Positions 19,649 through 29,528 of a stretch of DNA of 64,000 nt are shown here, piece after piece. The DNA lies in NCBI GenBank assembly GCA_965214975.1, contig OZ244055.1, positions 3,239,448 to 3,303,447 on the forward strand, given 5' to 3'. Positions within the stretch are counted from its first letter, which is position 1; each line of letters begins with the position of its first letter. The notes under the pieces are model-generated. The model worked only from the letters and a program-made list of their open reading frames with translations. It was not told where the DNA came from and made no database searches. The stretch comes from Alphaproteobacteria bacterium. GTDB taxonomy: Bacteria; Pseudomonadota; Alphaproteobacteria; MPNO01; UBA830. Both the position numbers and the translations under genes were made by a program.

Positions 19649-20845
19649 CTAACGACGCACCATCGTCGCGAGAAACACGGCGCTCAGGACGGCGCAACCC
19701 AGAACGGCCGCCGCCATCGGCATCGCCGTGCCGTCGTGGAACAGCCCGACGAACAGCCCGGCAACCGCGCCGCAGCCGTAGCGGATCGCCCCGATCACCG
19801 CCGAGGCGGTTCCGGCGAGGTGCGGAAAGTATTCCATCGCCCCGGCCGCAGCGTTGGCGTTGATCATGTTGAGCGGCAGCGTGAACGCGACGATGCCGGC
19901 GATCGTGCCCCACAGCCCGAGAACGTCGAAGCCCGCGAGCACGAACATCGCCACGGCGCCCGCCACGAGCAGCAGCGTGCTCGCCACCATCATCGGATAG
20001 ACGCCCCGCCTGGTCACGAGCCGTGCGTTGATCCAGCTGCCGCACATCACGCCAACGACGTTGATCATGAAGACGTAGCCCAGATTCTGCGGGGCGACGC
20101 CGTAATGCTCGATGAACACGACGGGCGTTCCCGACAGGAACGCGAACAGCGCGCCGAACGTCATGCCGCCCGCGAGCATGTAGCCGAGCGCTCCCGAATG
20201 GCGGAGCACCACTGCGTATCCCTGCAGCAGGGCGCGGCCGCCCGGGGAGCCGCGCCGCTCGGGCGGATGCGTTTCCCGGACGCCGAAGACGACGACGAGC
20301 GCAGCCGCGGCGCCGAGCGCGGCAAGCATCCAGAAGATCGCCTCCCAGCCGATCCATGTCAGCAGATGGCCGCCGACGAGCGGTCCCACGAGCGGCGCGA
20401 ACAGGATGACGGTCAGCACGAGCGACATCACCCGCGCCATTTCCGGGCCCTCGTGGAGGTCGCGGACGATGGCGCGGACGAGAACGGTGCCGGCGGCGCC
20501 GCCGACGGCCTGCAGGAACCGGAACAGGACGAAGGACGAGATGCCGTCGCTGAGCGCGCACAGCGCCGACATGACCGAGAACAGCGCGATGCCCCACAGC
20601 AGCATCGGCCTGCGGCCGAAACGGTCCGACAGCGGGCCGTATCCCAGCTGGCCCAGCGTGAAGCCCAGCATGTAGCCGCTGAGCGTGAGCTGGATGTCCG
20701 CGGCGGAGGCGGCGAATTCCTCGCGCAGCGTCGGGAAGGCCGGGAGATAGGCGTCGGTGGCGAGCGGGGCCAGCGCGGCGATCATGCCGAGCGACAGGAT
20801 CAGCGTCGGAGCCGTCCTGCCGGCGCCCTTGTCGGGGGAGTTCAA
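19649..20845 (-). CDS. MFS transporter, Bcr/CflA drug-resistance subfamily.
   Basis: 398 aa and 12 TM segments, with the MFS signature GPLSDRFGRRPML. Confidence 0.85.
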   Translation of the reverse strand: MNSPDKGAGRTAPTLILSLGMIAALAPLATDAYLPAFPTLREEFAASAADIQLTLSGYMLGFTLGQLGYGPLSDRFGRRPMLLWGIALFSVMSALCALSDGISSFVLFRFLQAVGGAAGTVLVRAIVRDLHEGPEMARVMSLVLTVILFAPLVGPLVGGHLLTWIGWEAIFWMLAALGAAAALVVVFGVRETHPPERRGSPGGRALLQGYAVVLRHSGALGYMLAGGMTFGALFAFLSGTPVVFIEHYGVAPQNLGYVFMINVVGVMCGSWINARLVTRRGVYPMMVASTLLLVAGAVAMFVLAGFDVLGLWGTIAGIVAFTLPLNMINANAAAGAMEYFPHLAGTASAVIGAIRYGCGAVAGLFVGLFHDGTAMPMAAAVLGCAVLSAVFLATMVRR

Positions 20846-20858
20846 GGCGTTCCGGCCG

Positions 20859-21812
20859 CTACCGGTCCGCGCCGTCGCGGTTCGCGAGAACCCTGCTCAG
20901 CCCGAGAAGTCCGGGTTCGGGATGCACCACGATCCAGGTCGGTATCCGCTTCATGTAGCCCGCGAAGCGGCCCTTGGCCTCGAACCGCTCGCGGAACCGC
21001 GAGGCCGCGAAATCCTCCCTGATCCGGGGGACGATGCCGCCCGCGACGAACAGGCCGCCGCGCGCGCCGAAGGTGAGCGCGGCGTTGCCGGCGACGGTTC
21101 CGAACAGCGCGCAGAAGGCGTCCACGGCCTTGCGGCTTGTCGGGCACTCCCGGGCCGAGGCGGTGATCGCCGCCGCGCCGCGTTGCGGCGCGGTTCCGCC
21201 GCTTTCCGCGTTGAACCAGTCGTAGAGCCGGACGATCCCCCGTCCGCAGAGCAGCCGTTCGGCGGAGACGTGCCCGAACCCGTCGCGCAGCGCGGCCAGC
21301 ATGCGGGCCTCGCTGTCGTCGGAGGCGGCCAGGGTGACGTGGCCGCCCTCTCCGCCGACGACGACCCCTCCGCCGGGGCCGGGGACATGGGCGGCGACGC
21401 CGAGCCCGGTGCCGGCGCCGAGCGCGGCGAGCGGCGCCCCGGGGGCGCTTTGCCCGCCGCCGACGGCGAGAAGGTCGCCCGGGCCGAGGGCGGGGAGCGC
21501 CCACGCCACGGCCGCGAAATCGTTGACGAGAACGACGTCCTCGAAGCCGGCATCGGCGGCGAGGCGGCGGGCGTCGACGGTCCAGCCGGCGTTGGTGAGG
21601 CTTGCGGATCCGTCGTCGACGGGTCCCGCCCAGCCGAGCGCCGCGGCGCGGGGCCTGCCGGGAACGCCGTCGCGGTCGAGAAACGCGCGGACCGCGTCGA
21701 GCGGGCCGGTGAAATCCCGGGTCGGGAACCTGGAAACGGGGCCGATCCCGCCGCGGCCCGCGCGGGCGAACCTGGCGTTGGTTCCGCCGATGTCGCTGAC
21801 CAGGTACGGCAT
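20859..21812 (-). CDS. glk: Glucokinase.
   Basis: MPYLVSDIGGTNARFA... is a Glk-type N-terminus. The start was moved to the ATG at 21812; the track extends to 21860. Confidence 0.85.
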   Translation of the reverse strand: MPYLVSDIGGTNARFARAGRGGIGPVSRFPTRDFTGPLDAVRAFLDRDGVPGRPRAAALGWAGPVDDGSASLTNAGWTVDARRLAADAGFEDVVLVNDFAAVAWALPALGPGDLLAVGGGQSAPGAPLAALGAGTGLGVAAHVPGPGGGVVVGGEGGHVTLAASDDSEARMLAALRDGFGHVSAERLLCGRGIVRLYDWFNAESGGTAPQRGAAAITASARECPTSRKAVDAFCALFGTVAGNAALTFGARGGLFVAGGIVPRIREDFAASRFRERFEAKGRFAGYMKRIPTWIVVHPEPGLLGLSRVLANRDGADR

Positions 21813-21846
21813 GGCGCCGCGGCCGGCGCCGGTTCCGGCGGGCGTG

Positions 21847-23649
21847 TCAGGTCGTGGCATACTGGAACGCGGTGTTCCAGGAACGCGAGAGATTCATCGC
21901 CGAGTTGATGAGGCCGACCATCGAGTAGGTCTGCGGGAAGTTGCCCCACAGTTCTCCGGTGTCGGTGTCGATGTCCTCCGACAGCAGCCCGACCGCGTTT
22001 CTGGAGGCGATCATGTTCTCGAACAGGATGCGCGCCTCGCCGACGCGCCCCGCCAGGGCGAGGGCGTCGATGTACCAGAACGTGCAGGCGTTGAAGGCCA
22101 CTTCCGGTCTCCCGAAATCGTCCTCGACGGCGTACCGGTAGATGTGGTCTCCGTGGCGCAGCTCCTTCTCGAGGCGTTCCAGCGTTCCCGTGAAGCGCGG
22201 ATCCTTCGCGCTGACGAAGCCCATCTGCGGCAGGAGCAGGAGCACGGCGTCGACGTCCTTGCCGCCGAACGTGGAGGTGAACGAGTTCAGCCTCGAGTTC
22301 CAGGCATGGGTCACGATCTTCTCGTAGATGCCGCGGGCGGCCTGCGACCAGTGCCGGGCGCGGTCCGTGAGGCCGAGCTTGACCGCGATCTGCGCGAGGC
22401 GGTCGCATCCGGCCCAGCACATGATGCTCGAGAAGGTGTGGACGGACTGGGTCTTGCGCAGTTCCCAGATGCCGGCGTCCGGCTGGTTCCACACCTCGAC
22501 GGCCTTGTTCCCGAGCGCCTCGAGGCGCCGGAACAGGGCCTCGTCCCCCTGCCGCGACAGCCGCAGGTCGAAGAACATCTGGGTGCAGGACAGGATCACG
22601 AAGCCGTAGCTGTCGTTCTGGATCTGCCGGTATGCGTCGTTGCCGATCCGCACCGGCCCCATCCCGCGGTAGCCGGCGAGTCCTCCGGCGACGCGCTCGT
22701 CGAGCTTTCTGCCCTGCGCGACGCCGAACAGCGGTTGCAGGTATCCGTCCTCCGAGGTCTCGGCGATGTTCATGATGTACTTGAGATACTCCTCCATCGT
22801 CTGGGTCACGCCCAGGTTGTTGAGCGCGTGGACGACGAAGAACGAATCCCGCAGCCAGCAGTAGCGGTAGTCCCAGTTTCTTTCGCTGCCGGGCGCTTCC
22901 GGGACGGAGGTCGTCGGCGCCGCGATCACGGCGCCGGTCTCCTCGAAGGTCGAGAGCTTGAGGGTGATGGCCGCGCGGATGACCGCCTCCTGCCATTCGA
23001 AGGGCACCGACAGGTAGCGCACCCATTCGCGCCAGTAGCTGTCGGTGTGGTCGAAGAACTCGCGGAACAGTTCCCCGGGGGAATCGGGCAGGGGCTCGTC
23101 CGGGCCGAGGGCGAAGCTCATCGGCGTCTCGAGCAGGAAGGACACCTCCTCGAGGACGTAGGTGACCGGAGCGTCGGTCGTCAGGCGCAGCGTCAGGTCC
23201 GGCATCACGTAGCGCACGTGGTTGGAGCCGCGGGTGATATCCGGGCGTCCCTCGCCGTATTCGGAGGTCGGGCGGAGGCGCACGGTGACGCGCGGCGATC
23301 CCGACAGCGGCACGATCTGGCGCATCAGCGCCGAAGGCCGGAACGTCCGTCCGCGCTGGTGGAAGCGCGGCGCGAAATCCACGACCTTGACCGATCCTCC
23401 GCTGGAATCGTGAAGGACGGTCTCGACGATCGCCGTGTTGGTCCGGTAGGCCTGCTCCGAACGGGAAAAGCCGTCGATCTCGACCGCGAACGCGCCGTCG
23501 TTTCGGTCGTCGGAAGCCCCCAGGAGGGCGCAGAACGTCGGATCGCTGTCGAATCTCGGCATGCAGCTCCAGACGATCCGGGCCCGGGTGTCGACGAGGG
23601 CGCTGAAGGCGCAGTTGCCGATGACGGCAAGTTCGAGATTTGCCGTCAT
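21847..23649 (-). CDS. Glycoside hydrolase family 15 (glucoamylase-like) protein, probable trehalase.
   Basis: About 600 aa in the GH15 (alpha/alpha)6 family (…WLRDSFFVVHAL…, …CTFWYIDAL…). The ATG at 23649 overlaps the otsB stop (ATGA). Confidence 0.8.
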   Translation of the reverse strand: MTANLELAVIGNCAFSALVDTRARIVWSCMPRFDSDPTFCALLGASDDRNDGAFAVEIDGFSRSEQAYRTNTAIVETVLHDSSGGSVKVVDFAPRFHQRGRTFRPSALMRQIVPLSGSPRVTVRLRPTSEYGEGRPDITRGSNHVRYVMPDLTLRLTTDAPVTYVLEEVSFLLETPMSFALGPDEPLPDSPGELFREFFDHTDSYWREWVRYLSVPFEWQEAVIRAAITLKLSTFEETGAVIAAPTTSVPEAPGSERNWDYRYCWLRDSFFVVHALNNLGVTQTMEEYLKYIMNIAETSEDGYLQPLFGVAQGRKLDERVAGGLAGYRGMGPVRIGNDAYRQIQNDSYGFVILSCTQMFFDLRLSRQGDEALFRRLEALGNKAVEVWNQPDAGIWELRKTQSVHTFSSIMCWAGCDRLAQIAVKLGLTDRARHWSQAARGIYEKIVTHAWNSRLNSFTSTFGGKDVDAVLLLLPQMGFVSAKDPRFTGTLERLEKELRHGDHIYRYAVEDDFGRPEVAFNACTFWYIDALALAGRVGEARILFENMIASRNAVGLLSEDIDTDTGELWGNFPQTYSMVGLINSAMNLSRSWNTAFQYATT

Positions 23650-24422
23650 GCGCCGCGTCCCGTTCCCGTTTTCCGCAGGAGTTCCGGCCAGCCCTCGAGC
23701 CACCCCACGACCTGATCCACGTCCGACAGGGAGTACCGGGCCTCCGAACGCTCCGACCGGCCGACGCGGATGCCGACGCCGCCGGCGGAGTTGACGAACC
23801 TGAACCCGTCCTCGTCGGTCGTGTCGTCGCCGATGAAGACCGGAAGCCGGCCCCTGAACGGCGGTTCCTCCATGAAGTCCCGGATCGCCGATCCCTTGCT
23901 GGCCCCGGCGGACTTGATCTCGGTCACCATGTCGCCGTCGATGATCTGCATCCCGGGGGCGAGCCGCGGGACCAGAGCCGCGGCCAGATCCAGCACGGCC
24001 TGCCGTTCCCGGGGCGCCTGCCGGTAGTGGACGGCAAGTGCGTGCGACTTCTCTTCGAGAATCACGCCGGTCCGGCCGTCCAGGCGTTTCTTCAGGCCGT
24101 CGCGAAGCCGGTCGATGCCGTCCGGCCGGGCCGGGGACAGAAGCCGTCCGCCGGCGTCCCGGCGCTCGAGGCCGTGCTGGCCCGCCGCGGGCGGGCGTCG
24201 CGGACGGAACAGAACGTCGATCTGGGAGATCGGGCGCCCGCTGACCAGGCCGACGGCACCGCCGAGACAGTCGGAAAGGCCGTCGAAAACGCGGCAGACG
24301 CGCGCGCTGCGTTCGACCTCCTGGGGCCTCCGCTTGAGGTGAAGCACGGTGCCGTCGATGTCAAGAAACAGCGCCCAGCCCGGATCGGGGCGAAGGGAGA
24401 GCGCGGAAGGATTCGTCGGCAT
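23646..24422 (-). CDS. otsB: Trehalose-6-phosphate phosphatase (HAD-IIB).
   Basis: 258 aa with HAD motifs LFLDIDGTV and FIGDDTTDEDGF. The track fuses it into a 957-aa frame. Confidence 0.8.
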   Translation of the reverse strand: MPTNPSALSLRPDPGWALFLDIDGTVLHLKRRPQEVERSARVCRVFDGLSDCLGGAVGLVSGRPISQIDVLFRPRRPPAAGQHGLERRDAGGRLLSPARPDGIDRLRDGLKKRLDGRTGVILEEKSHALAVHYRQAPRERQAVLDLAAALVPRLAPGMQIIDGDMVTEIKSAGASKGSAIRDFMEEPPFRGRLPVFIGDDTTDEDGFRFVNSAGGVGIRVGRSERSEARYSLSDVDQVVGWLEGWPELLRKTGTGRGA

Positions 24423-24658
24423 CGCCGTTCCGGGAACAGGTCGCGGGCGGGCCGGCGGCCCGAGCCGCCATGATAGCCCGAATCGCCGGACGGCGCGCCG
24501 CCGCTGCGGGCGGCCCGGCCCATCTTGTCCGGCAACCGGTGAACCGGACCTGTCCGGCAGGTCTTTCGGGAGCGCCCTTCGCTGCCTGCGTGCCGGTTCG
24601 GCGCCCGCTGCCGGCACCCGGTCACGACGGAAAACGGTCCCTGCTCCGGGCGGGCGGC

Positions 24659-25252
24659 TCACGGCGTGTCCGGTTCCCGCCGCAGCGCGCTCTCGATCGG
24701 GACGTGCAGGGCCTCGTGGATCCCGTTGTACATTCTCCAGAAGCCCACGACACAGGCGAGCTCCACGATCTGAGGCGGCGTGAGGCGTTCGGCGAGTTCC
24801 GCCAGCAGGGTCTCCGGCACCGTGCCGGGGTCGGGTGTGGCCGCCCGCGCGTAGGCGATCGCCAGCCGTTCCGTGGCGTCCTTCGGCGCGTAGGACGGAT
24901 CGAGAAGCTCGTCGACCTCCCGGTCCGAGAGATCCCAGCCCTCGCCCGGTCCCGGGGAACGGCCGGTCAGCGTGTTGACGTTGTGCGCGACGCAGTACGC
25001 GCTGTCGTTGAGGCGCGAGCAGATGGCGGCGATCCGCCGCTTCAGGGCCGGCTCGAGATGGCCCGAGGGGTCGCGCATCACGGCATCGTTGAGGCGGATC
25101 AGGGCGGCGAGGATCTCGGGCCGGTGCGCGTAAAGCTTCAGCGCGTTCGGCATGAAGCCCATGCGTTTCTCGTAGGCGGCGAGCGGCGCGCGCAGCTCGC
25201 CGCCGAGCGCGCCGGGGTCGGCGTAGGGAATGAAGGGGGCGTTCTCGTTCAT
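24659..25252 (-). CDS. Carboxymuconolactone decarboxylase family (AhpD-like) protein.
   Basis: 197 aa with an AhpD-like core (…AICSRLNDSAYCVAHN…). Confidence 0.8.
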   Translation of the reverse strand: MNENAPFIPYADPGALGGELRAPLAAYEKRMGFMPNALKLYAHRPEILAALIRLNDAVMRDPSGHLEPALKRRIAAICSRLNDSAYCVAHNVNTLTGRSPGPGEGWDLSDREVDELLDPSYAPKDATERLAIAYARAATPDPGTVPETLLAELAERLTPPQIVELACVVGFWRMYNGIHEALHVPIESALRREPDTP

Positions 25253-25309
25253 GTCCGTTTCCGAAGACGGAGCGTGGCCGACCGGGCCGGCTCCTTCGCT
25301 CGCGAGGCG

Positions 25310-26716
25310 CTAGAGATAGTCCTCGAGCCTGGCCTTCCCCCAGTTGAGCGGGAAGGCCTGCCGGTAGTCCTCGCCGCCGCGGTGCGGCTTGGCGGTGGCG
25401 TCGAAACCGATCTTTCCGACGAGGCGGAACGGCTCGTGGCCCGGCAGGGGCGCGGCCGAGGGGTCGTACGGGGAGCCGCGCGTTCCGGGCACGACGATGA
25501 CGTCCTGCGCCGGATCCACGCGGGTCGCGAGGGCGTGGTAGACCGCGCCCGGGTCGTCGACGTCGGTGTCGGGGCTGACGGCGACGACCATCTTGGTGTT
25601 GAGCCAGGGCGCGCCCATGGCCTGCATCAGCGCGTCGTTGACGAGACCCGGCCGCGGGTAGTCCACCTGCAGGATGCAGCTCAGCGCCGCGCCCCAGGTC
25701 GGGAAGCGCACGTCGCGGACGTCGAGGCCGATTTCGGAAACGCGGTTGTAGAGCACGGCCTCGTGGCACAGCCGCGGCAACGTCTGATGGTCGGTGTCCG
25801 GCACCGTCTGGTGGTTGCGGTAGATCGGGCGGTCCCGCCGCATCGTGACGGCCCTGACCTCGATCGGGGGGAGTTCCTGGCGCCGCGGAAGGAAATAGCC
25901 GCTTGGCGCGTTGACTCCGCCGGCGCTTTCGGTCCGGGAAAGGTCGACCACGGCCTCGACGACGATTTCGGCATGCGCGGGGACGCGGAGGTCGACGGTC
26001 TCGCAGGGGGTCATCTCGACGTCCCTGTCCATCACGGTTCCGACCATCTCGAGTTCGCCCCACAGATCCATGTGCAGCCCCGAGAAATTGGCCATGATCT
26101 CGTAGGCCGGGGGCAGGCCGAACACGAGGGCGATCGGCATTTCCGCGTGCCCGGCGTCGCGGTGCTTCCGCATGATCAGGTGGGTGTGCGGCGTGGCGAA
26201 GCTGATCACGCCGTGGCGCGGGCCGAGCGGCGTGGTGCCGGCATGGGACGAGTTGAGGAATCCGGTCTCCGGATCCTTGACGACGTTCATGGCGGAGATG
26301 TAGCGCCGGCCCTCCTCGGCGGAGTGGACCGGCACCGGAAGGTCGAGCCAGTTCGCCTCGGCCCCGGTGCGGACGATCTCCTTGACGGGGCCCGTGGGAA
26401 CGTCGACGAAGCCGCGCGGCGGCATGCGCAGGCGCTGCGCCAGCGTGGGAAGGTAGTCCTCGCGTTCGACGCCGAGCGCGCGGCACTGCGACCAGCGGTG
26501 CTTGACGAGGATGTCGCACATCCGGAAACCGGGGTGCTCCTCGATGTTCTCGAACAGGATCGGCCCTTCGGACTGGGCCGACAGGGCGCCCACGTCGTCG
26601 ATCGAGACCGGCCGCTCGACGACGGTCAGGATGTCGCGGTTGGTCTCGAGATAGCCCCGCAGGTCGCGGTCGGGAACCCGGTTGCCGCCGCGCGCGGCCG
26701 CGGGCGCGCCGGTCAC
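25310..26716 (-). CDS. UbiD-family (prenylated-FMN-dependent) aromatic acid decarboxylase.
   Basis: About 469 aa with the UbiD-type N-terminus (DLRGYLETNRDILTVVERPVSID...PILFENIEEHPG) and a conserved C-terminal region. The GTG at 26716 overlaps the stop of the upstream Rieske gene (GTGA). Confidence 0.85.
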   Translation of the reverse strand: MTGAPAAARGGNRVPDRDLRGYLETNRDILTVVERPVSIDDVGALSAQSEGPILFENIEEHPGFRMCDILVKHRWSQCRALGVEREDYLPTLAQRLRMPPRGFVDVPTGPVKEIVRTGAEANWLDLPVPVHSAEEGRRYISAMNVVKDPETGFLNSSHAGTTPLGPRHGVISFATPHTHLIMRKHRDAGHAEMPIALVFGLPPAYEIMANFSGLHMDLWGELEMVGTVMDRDVEMTPCETVDLRVPAHAEIVVEAVVDLSRTESAGGVNAPSGYFLPRRQELPPIEVRAVTMRRDRPIYRNHQTVPDTDHQTLPRLCHEAVLYNRVSEIGLDVRDVRFPTWGAALSCILQVDYPRPGLVNDALMQAMGAPWLNTKMVVAVSPDTDVDDPGAVYHALATRVDPAQDVIVVPGTRGSPYDPSAAPLPGHEPFRLVGKIGFDATAKPHRGGEDYRQAFPLNWGKARLEDYL

Positions 26717-27735
26717 GGCGCCTCTGCCCTGACCAGCCGGTCGATCCTGCGGCGGAACAGCCCCGCCGAGGCGTCGAGGTCGAGGCCGGTTCGGGTGCGG
26801 CCGGGGTGGCGTTCCTCCTCTTCCTGGATCGCCTCGAGAATGTCCTTGTCCTCGGCGAACGCGACGCGGAACTGCTCGCTGATGCCTTCGCCGACCGCGG
26901 GGTCGTCGACGCCGAAATCCCGGACGTGCATCCAGCGGTCGATCGTCCTGTTCTCCTCGACGGGCGTCATGAAATGGCAGGAGAACACCTGGATGCGCTG
27001 CTCGCCACCGTCTTCGAGACCGCCCGTGCCGGCGGCCGCGCCGCCGAAATCGATGATCGCGGTCGACGGCACGTGCATCAGGTAGCGCTGCCACATGTCG
27101 ACCCGGCCGCCGTGGTTGCCGAAGGCGCGGATGAACCCCGTCGGCGCGGAATCGACGGTCAGGCGCTCGGTCAGGACGCCCCAGGAGGTTTCCTCGTGGG
27201 TGACCGGCGCGTTGATCTCGTCGGGATTCCCGAGGGTCGACGGGTGAACGTAGTTGACGTGGGTCGGGTCGCACAGGTTGTCGCAGAGCAGCAGGTAGTT
27301 CGCCGTCACGTCGAGGGCGTCCCCGTGGACGGCCGCCCAGCCGTCCCGGCGGTACTGGGGCAGGTCGGGGATGGCCGACGGATCGGCCCTGCCGGGGTCG
27401 CCCATCCAGGTCCAGACCAGGCCCAGACGCTCGGCGGCCGGGTAGGTCCGCACCGTGCAGTCCGCCGGGACCGAGTCCTGGGTCGGCGCCCCCTTGCAGG
27501 CGCCGTCGCCGCCGAAGACCAGCCCGTGATAGCCGCATTGCAGGTCGCCGTCGCGGACGCGGCCCTTCGAGAGCGGCAGGAAACGGTGCGGGCAGAGATC
27601 CTCGAGCGCGCGGGGTTGTCCGTCGCCGTCGCGCCACAGAACGATCCGGTCGCCGAGAACGGTTGCCGCGACCGGCGCGGAATCGAGGTCGCGGGCGAAG
27701 CCCGCGACGTACCAGGCGTTCCGGACGAAGGTCAT
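26713..27735 (-). CDS. Rieske [2Fe-2S] non-heme-iron oxygenase alpha subunit, VanA/phthalate-family (includes GbcA/CntA-type demethylases).
   Basis: 340 aa with a Rieske motif CPHRFLPLSKGRV...CGYHGLVF, and the N-terminus MTFVRNAWYVAGFARDL typical of VanA-like enzymes. Confidence 0.85.
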   Translation of the reverse strand: MTFVRNAWYVAGFARDLDSAPVAATVLGDRIVLWRDGDGQPRALEDLCPHRFLPLSKGRVRDGDLQCGYHGLVFGGDGACKGAPTQDSVPADCTVRTYPAAERLGLVWTWMGDPGRADPSAIPDLPQYRRDGWAAVHGDALDVTANYLLLCDNLCDPTHVNYVHPSTLGNPDEINAPVTHEETSWGVLTERLTVDSAPTGFIRAFGNHGGRVDMWQRYLMHVPSTAIIDFGGAAAGTGGLEDGGEQRIQVFSCHFMTPVEENRTIDRWMHVRDFGVDDPAVGEGISEQFRVAFAEDKDILEAIQEEEERHPGRTRTGLDLDASAGLFRRRIDRLVRAEAP

Positions 27736-27826
27736 CGCGCGCCTCCTGTTCGAGGGAGGGGAACGGAGCCGCGATCATGCGGTTCCCCGGCGGCGGCGTC
27801 AATGCCGGTTCCGCCGGAAGCGGCTC

Positions 27827-28660
27827 TCACGACAGCCCGAACCCGTGGCCGCGCAGGAACCCGGAAAACCCGGCCCGCTCGGGAACCGAGAGCTGGCGCG
27901 CCGCGTTCTCGGACCAGGTGCAGCGTTCCGCGACCCCGTACCTGTCGGCGTGGCGCTGGTTTTCGGGCGCGATCGGCACGGCCTCGTGGCGTTGCGCGTC
28001 GTAGGCGTCGACCGCCGCCCGAAGGCCGGTGTCGTCGTAGACCTCTCGATGCACGACGACCTCGGACGGCAGCCGGGCGTTGACGCGGCCCTCCGCCACG
28101 GGCCAGCCGAGGGTGAGTCCCGCGACGGGGAACACGCCGTCGGGCAGCTCGAGCGCCTCGGAGAACCCGTCGATGCGGTTGCGCACGTCGCTGATGGGCG
28201 CGCAACCGAGCCCGGAGGCCTCGGCCGCGGTGACGAAGCACTGCATCGCCATCGCGGCGTCGACGACCGCGTTCAGGAATCCGTCCATGCCGTCGTTCCG
28301 GAACTCGTGGCCGCGGAACCCGGCGATCCGGCGCATGCGCCGCATGTCCGCGCAGAACGTCGCGAAGACCGGGCAGTGCCGCAGGTGTCCGGTGCCCGGG
28401 CAGAGCTCGGCGAGGCGTGCGAGCCGGGCGGGCTCGGATGTCACGACGATCGAGTACTGCTGAAGGTTGGACTTGGTGGGGGCGGACTGCGCGCAGGCGA
28501 GCAGAACCTCGAGAAGTTCGGGCGCGACCGGCCGGTCGGCGTAGCGCCGGATGCAGCGGCGCGACAGCAGTCCGGACACGGTCTCCGGCACCGGATCCAG
28601 GCGGTCCGGCCCGGTGTCGTGGCCGTAGCGCCGGTTGATCAGTTCGCGGGTGGCGGTCAT
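27827..28660 (-). CDS. Nitroreductase-family flavoprotein.
   Basis: 277 aa with the nitroreductase-fold motif SAPTKSNLQQYS. It is the first gene of the nitroreductase-Rieske-UbiD-AhpD unit. Confidence 0.75.
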   Translation of the reverse strand: MTATRELINRRYGHDTGPDRLDPVPETVSGLLSRRCIRRYADRPVAPELLEVLLACAQSAPTKSNLQQYSIVVTSEPARLARLAELCPGTGHLRHCPVFATFCADMRRMRRIAGFRGHEFRNDGMDGFLNAVVDAAMAMQCFVTAAEASGLGCAPISDVRNRIDGFSEALELPDGVFPVAGLTLGWPVAEGRVNARLPSEVVVHREVYDDTGLRAAVDAYDAQRHEAVPIAPENQRHADRYGVAERCTWSENAARQLSVPERAGFSGFLRGHGFGLS

Positions 28661-28756
28661 GGTCGGATCTCCTCCGGAAACGCTCTCCGGCAGGCTTGCC
28701 GGACGGCGTCCGCGCCAGTATAGAGAGCCTCGTCACCAGCTCACGGGCGCTCTCGC

Positions 28757-29503
28757 GTGGCGGAAACCAGACATGCCGACGCCCCGTCGGAGATCGTGGT
28801 CGTTCACAGTTCGGACCTCCATGTCGACGACGGCTACACCGAACGCAAGTGGTCGGGCGACGGCGCCGGACCTCTGGCGGCGGTGCTGGAGACCGCGTCG
28901 GCGCTCGATGCCGGGGTGCTGCTGCTCGCGGGCGACGTGTTCGAGCACAACCGGCTGCCGCCGGCTCTTCTGCAAAGAGCCGCCGACCTCCTCGGCGAGG
29001 CTCCCTGCCCCGTCGTCATGCTGCCCGGCAATCACGATCCGCTGATGGAGGGGTCGGTGTGGCACCGCGGCGGGTTCGCGGACATCGACGGCATCCACGT
29101 GCTCGGCGTCGAGGGGGAGCGGGCGGCGTTCCCCGATCTCGACCTGGAGATCTGGGGCCGCGCGCACCGGGACTATTCGGACATGGCGCCGCTCGCCGAG
29201 CCCGGGCCGCGGTCGCGGCGCTGGCACGTCGTCGCCGGGCACGGGCACTTCGTCGAGGAGCGTCCGCCCGCCGGCGGGCTGAATCCGTCCTGGCTGATTT
29301 CCGGAGACGAGATCGAGGGCACGGCGGCGGACTACGTCGCGCTTGGCCACTGGAATCTCTCGGTGCAGGTCGGGAACGGCAGCGTGCCGGCATGGTATTC
29401 GGGCTCTCCCGACCTTGCCGGAACGGTCAACGCGGTCAGGCTGGGCGCGGACGGGGCGGTCGCGGTGGCGCGGGAACCCGTTCCCGGAACGCCGGCCGGC
29501 TGA
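28757..29503 (+). CDS. Calcineurin-like metallophosphoesterase.
   Basis: It has the MPE motifs HSSDLHVDD, GDVFEH, LPGNHD and GHGH. The start is uncertain: the track GTG at 28757, or an internal GTG giving MVVHSSDLH. Confidence 0.7.
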   Translation: MAETRHADAPSEIVVVHSSDLHVDDGYTERKWSGDGAGPLAAVLETASALDAGVLLLAGDVFEHNRLPPALLQRAADLLGEAPCPVVMLPGNHDPLMEGSVWHRGGFADIDGIHVLGVEGERAAFPDLDLEIWGRAHRDYSDMAPLAEPGPRSRRWHVVAGHGHFVEERPPAGGLNPSWLISGDEIEGTAADYVALGHWNLSVQVGNGSVPAWYSGSPDLAGTVNAVRLGADGAVAVAREPVPGTPAG

Positions 29504-29528
29504 CCGCGCGTCCCCGCGGGCCGGGGCG

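Noticed and set aside
25310-27802. Track ORF of 830 aa that looks like a giant fusion protein (and similar ones: 23646..26519, 50692..53388, 55953..59336, 58940..61495).
   Set aside because: These are read-through frames across several real, separately initiated genes that happen to have no in-frame stop. The internal GTG/ATG starts with 4-nt stop overlaps and homology-defined N-termini resolve them into normal-sized proteins.
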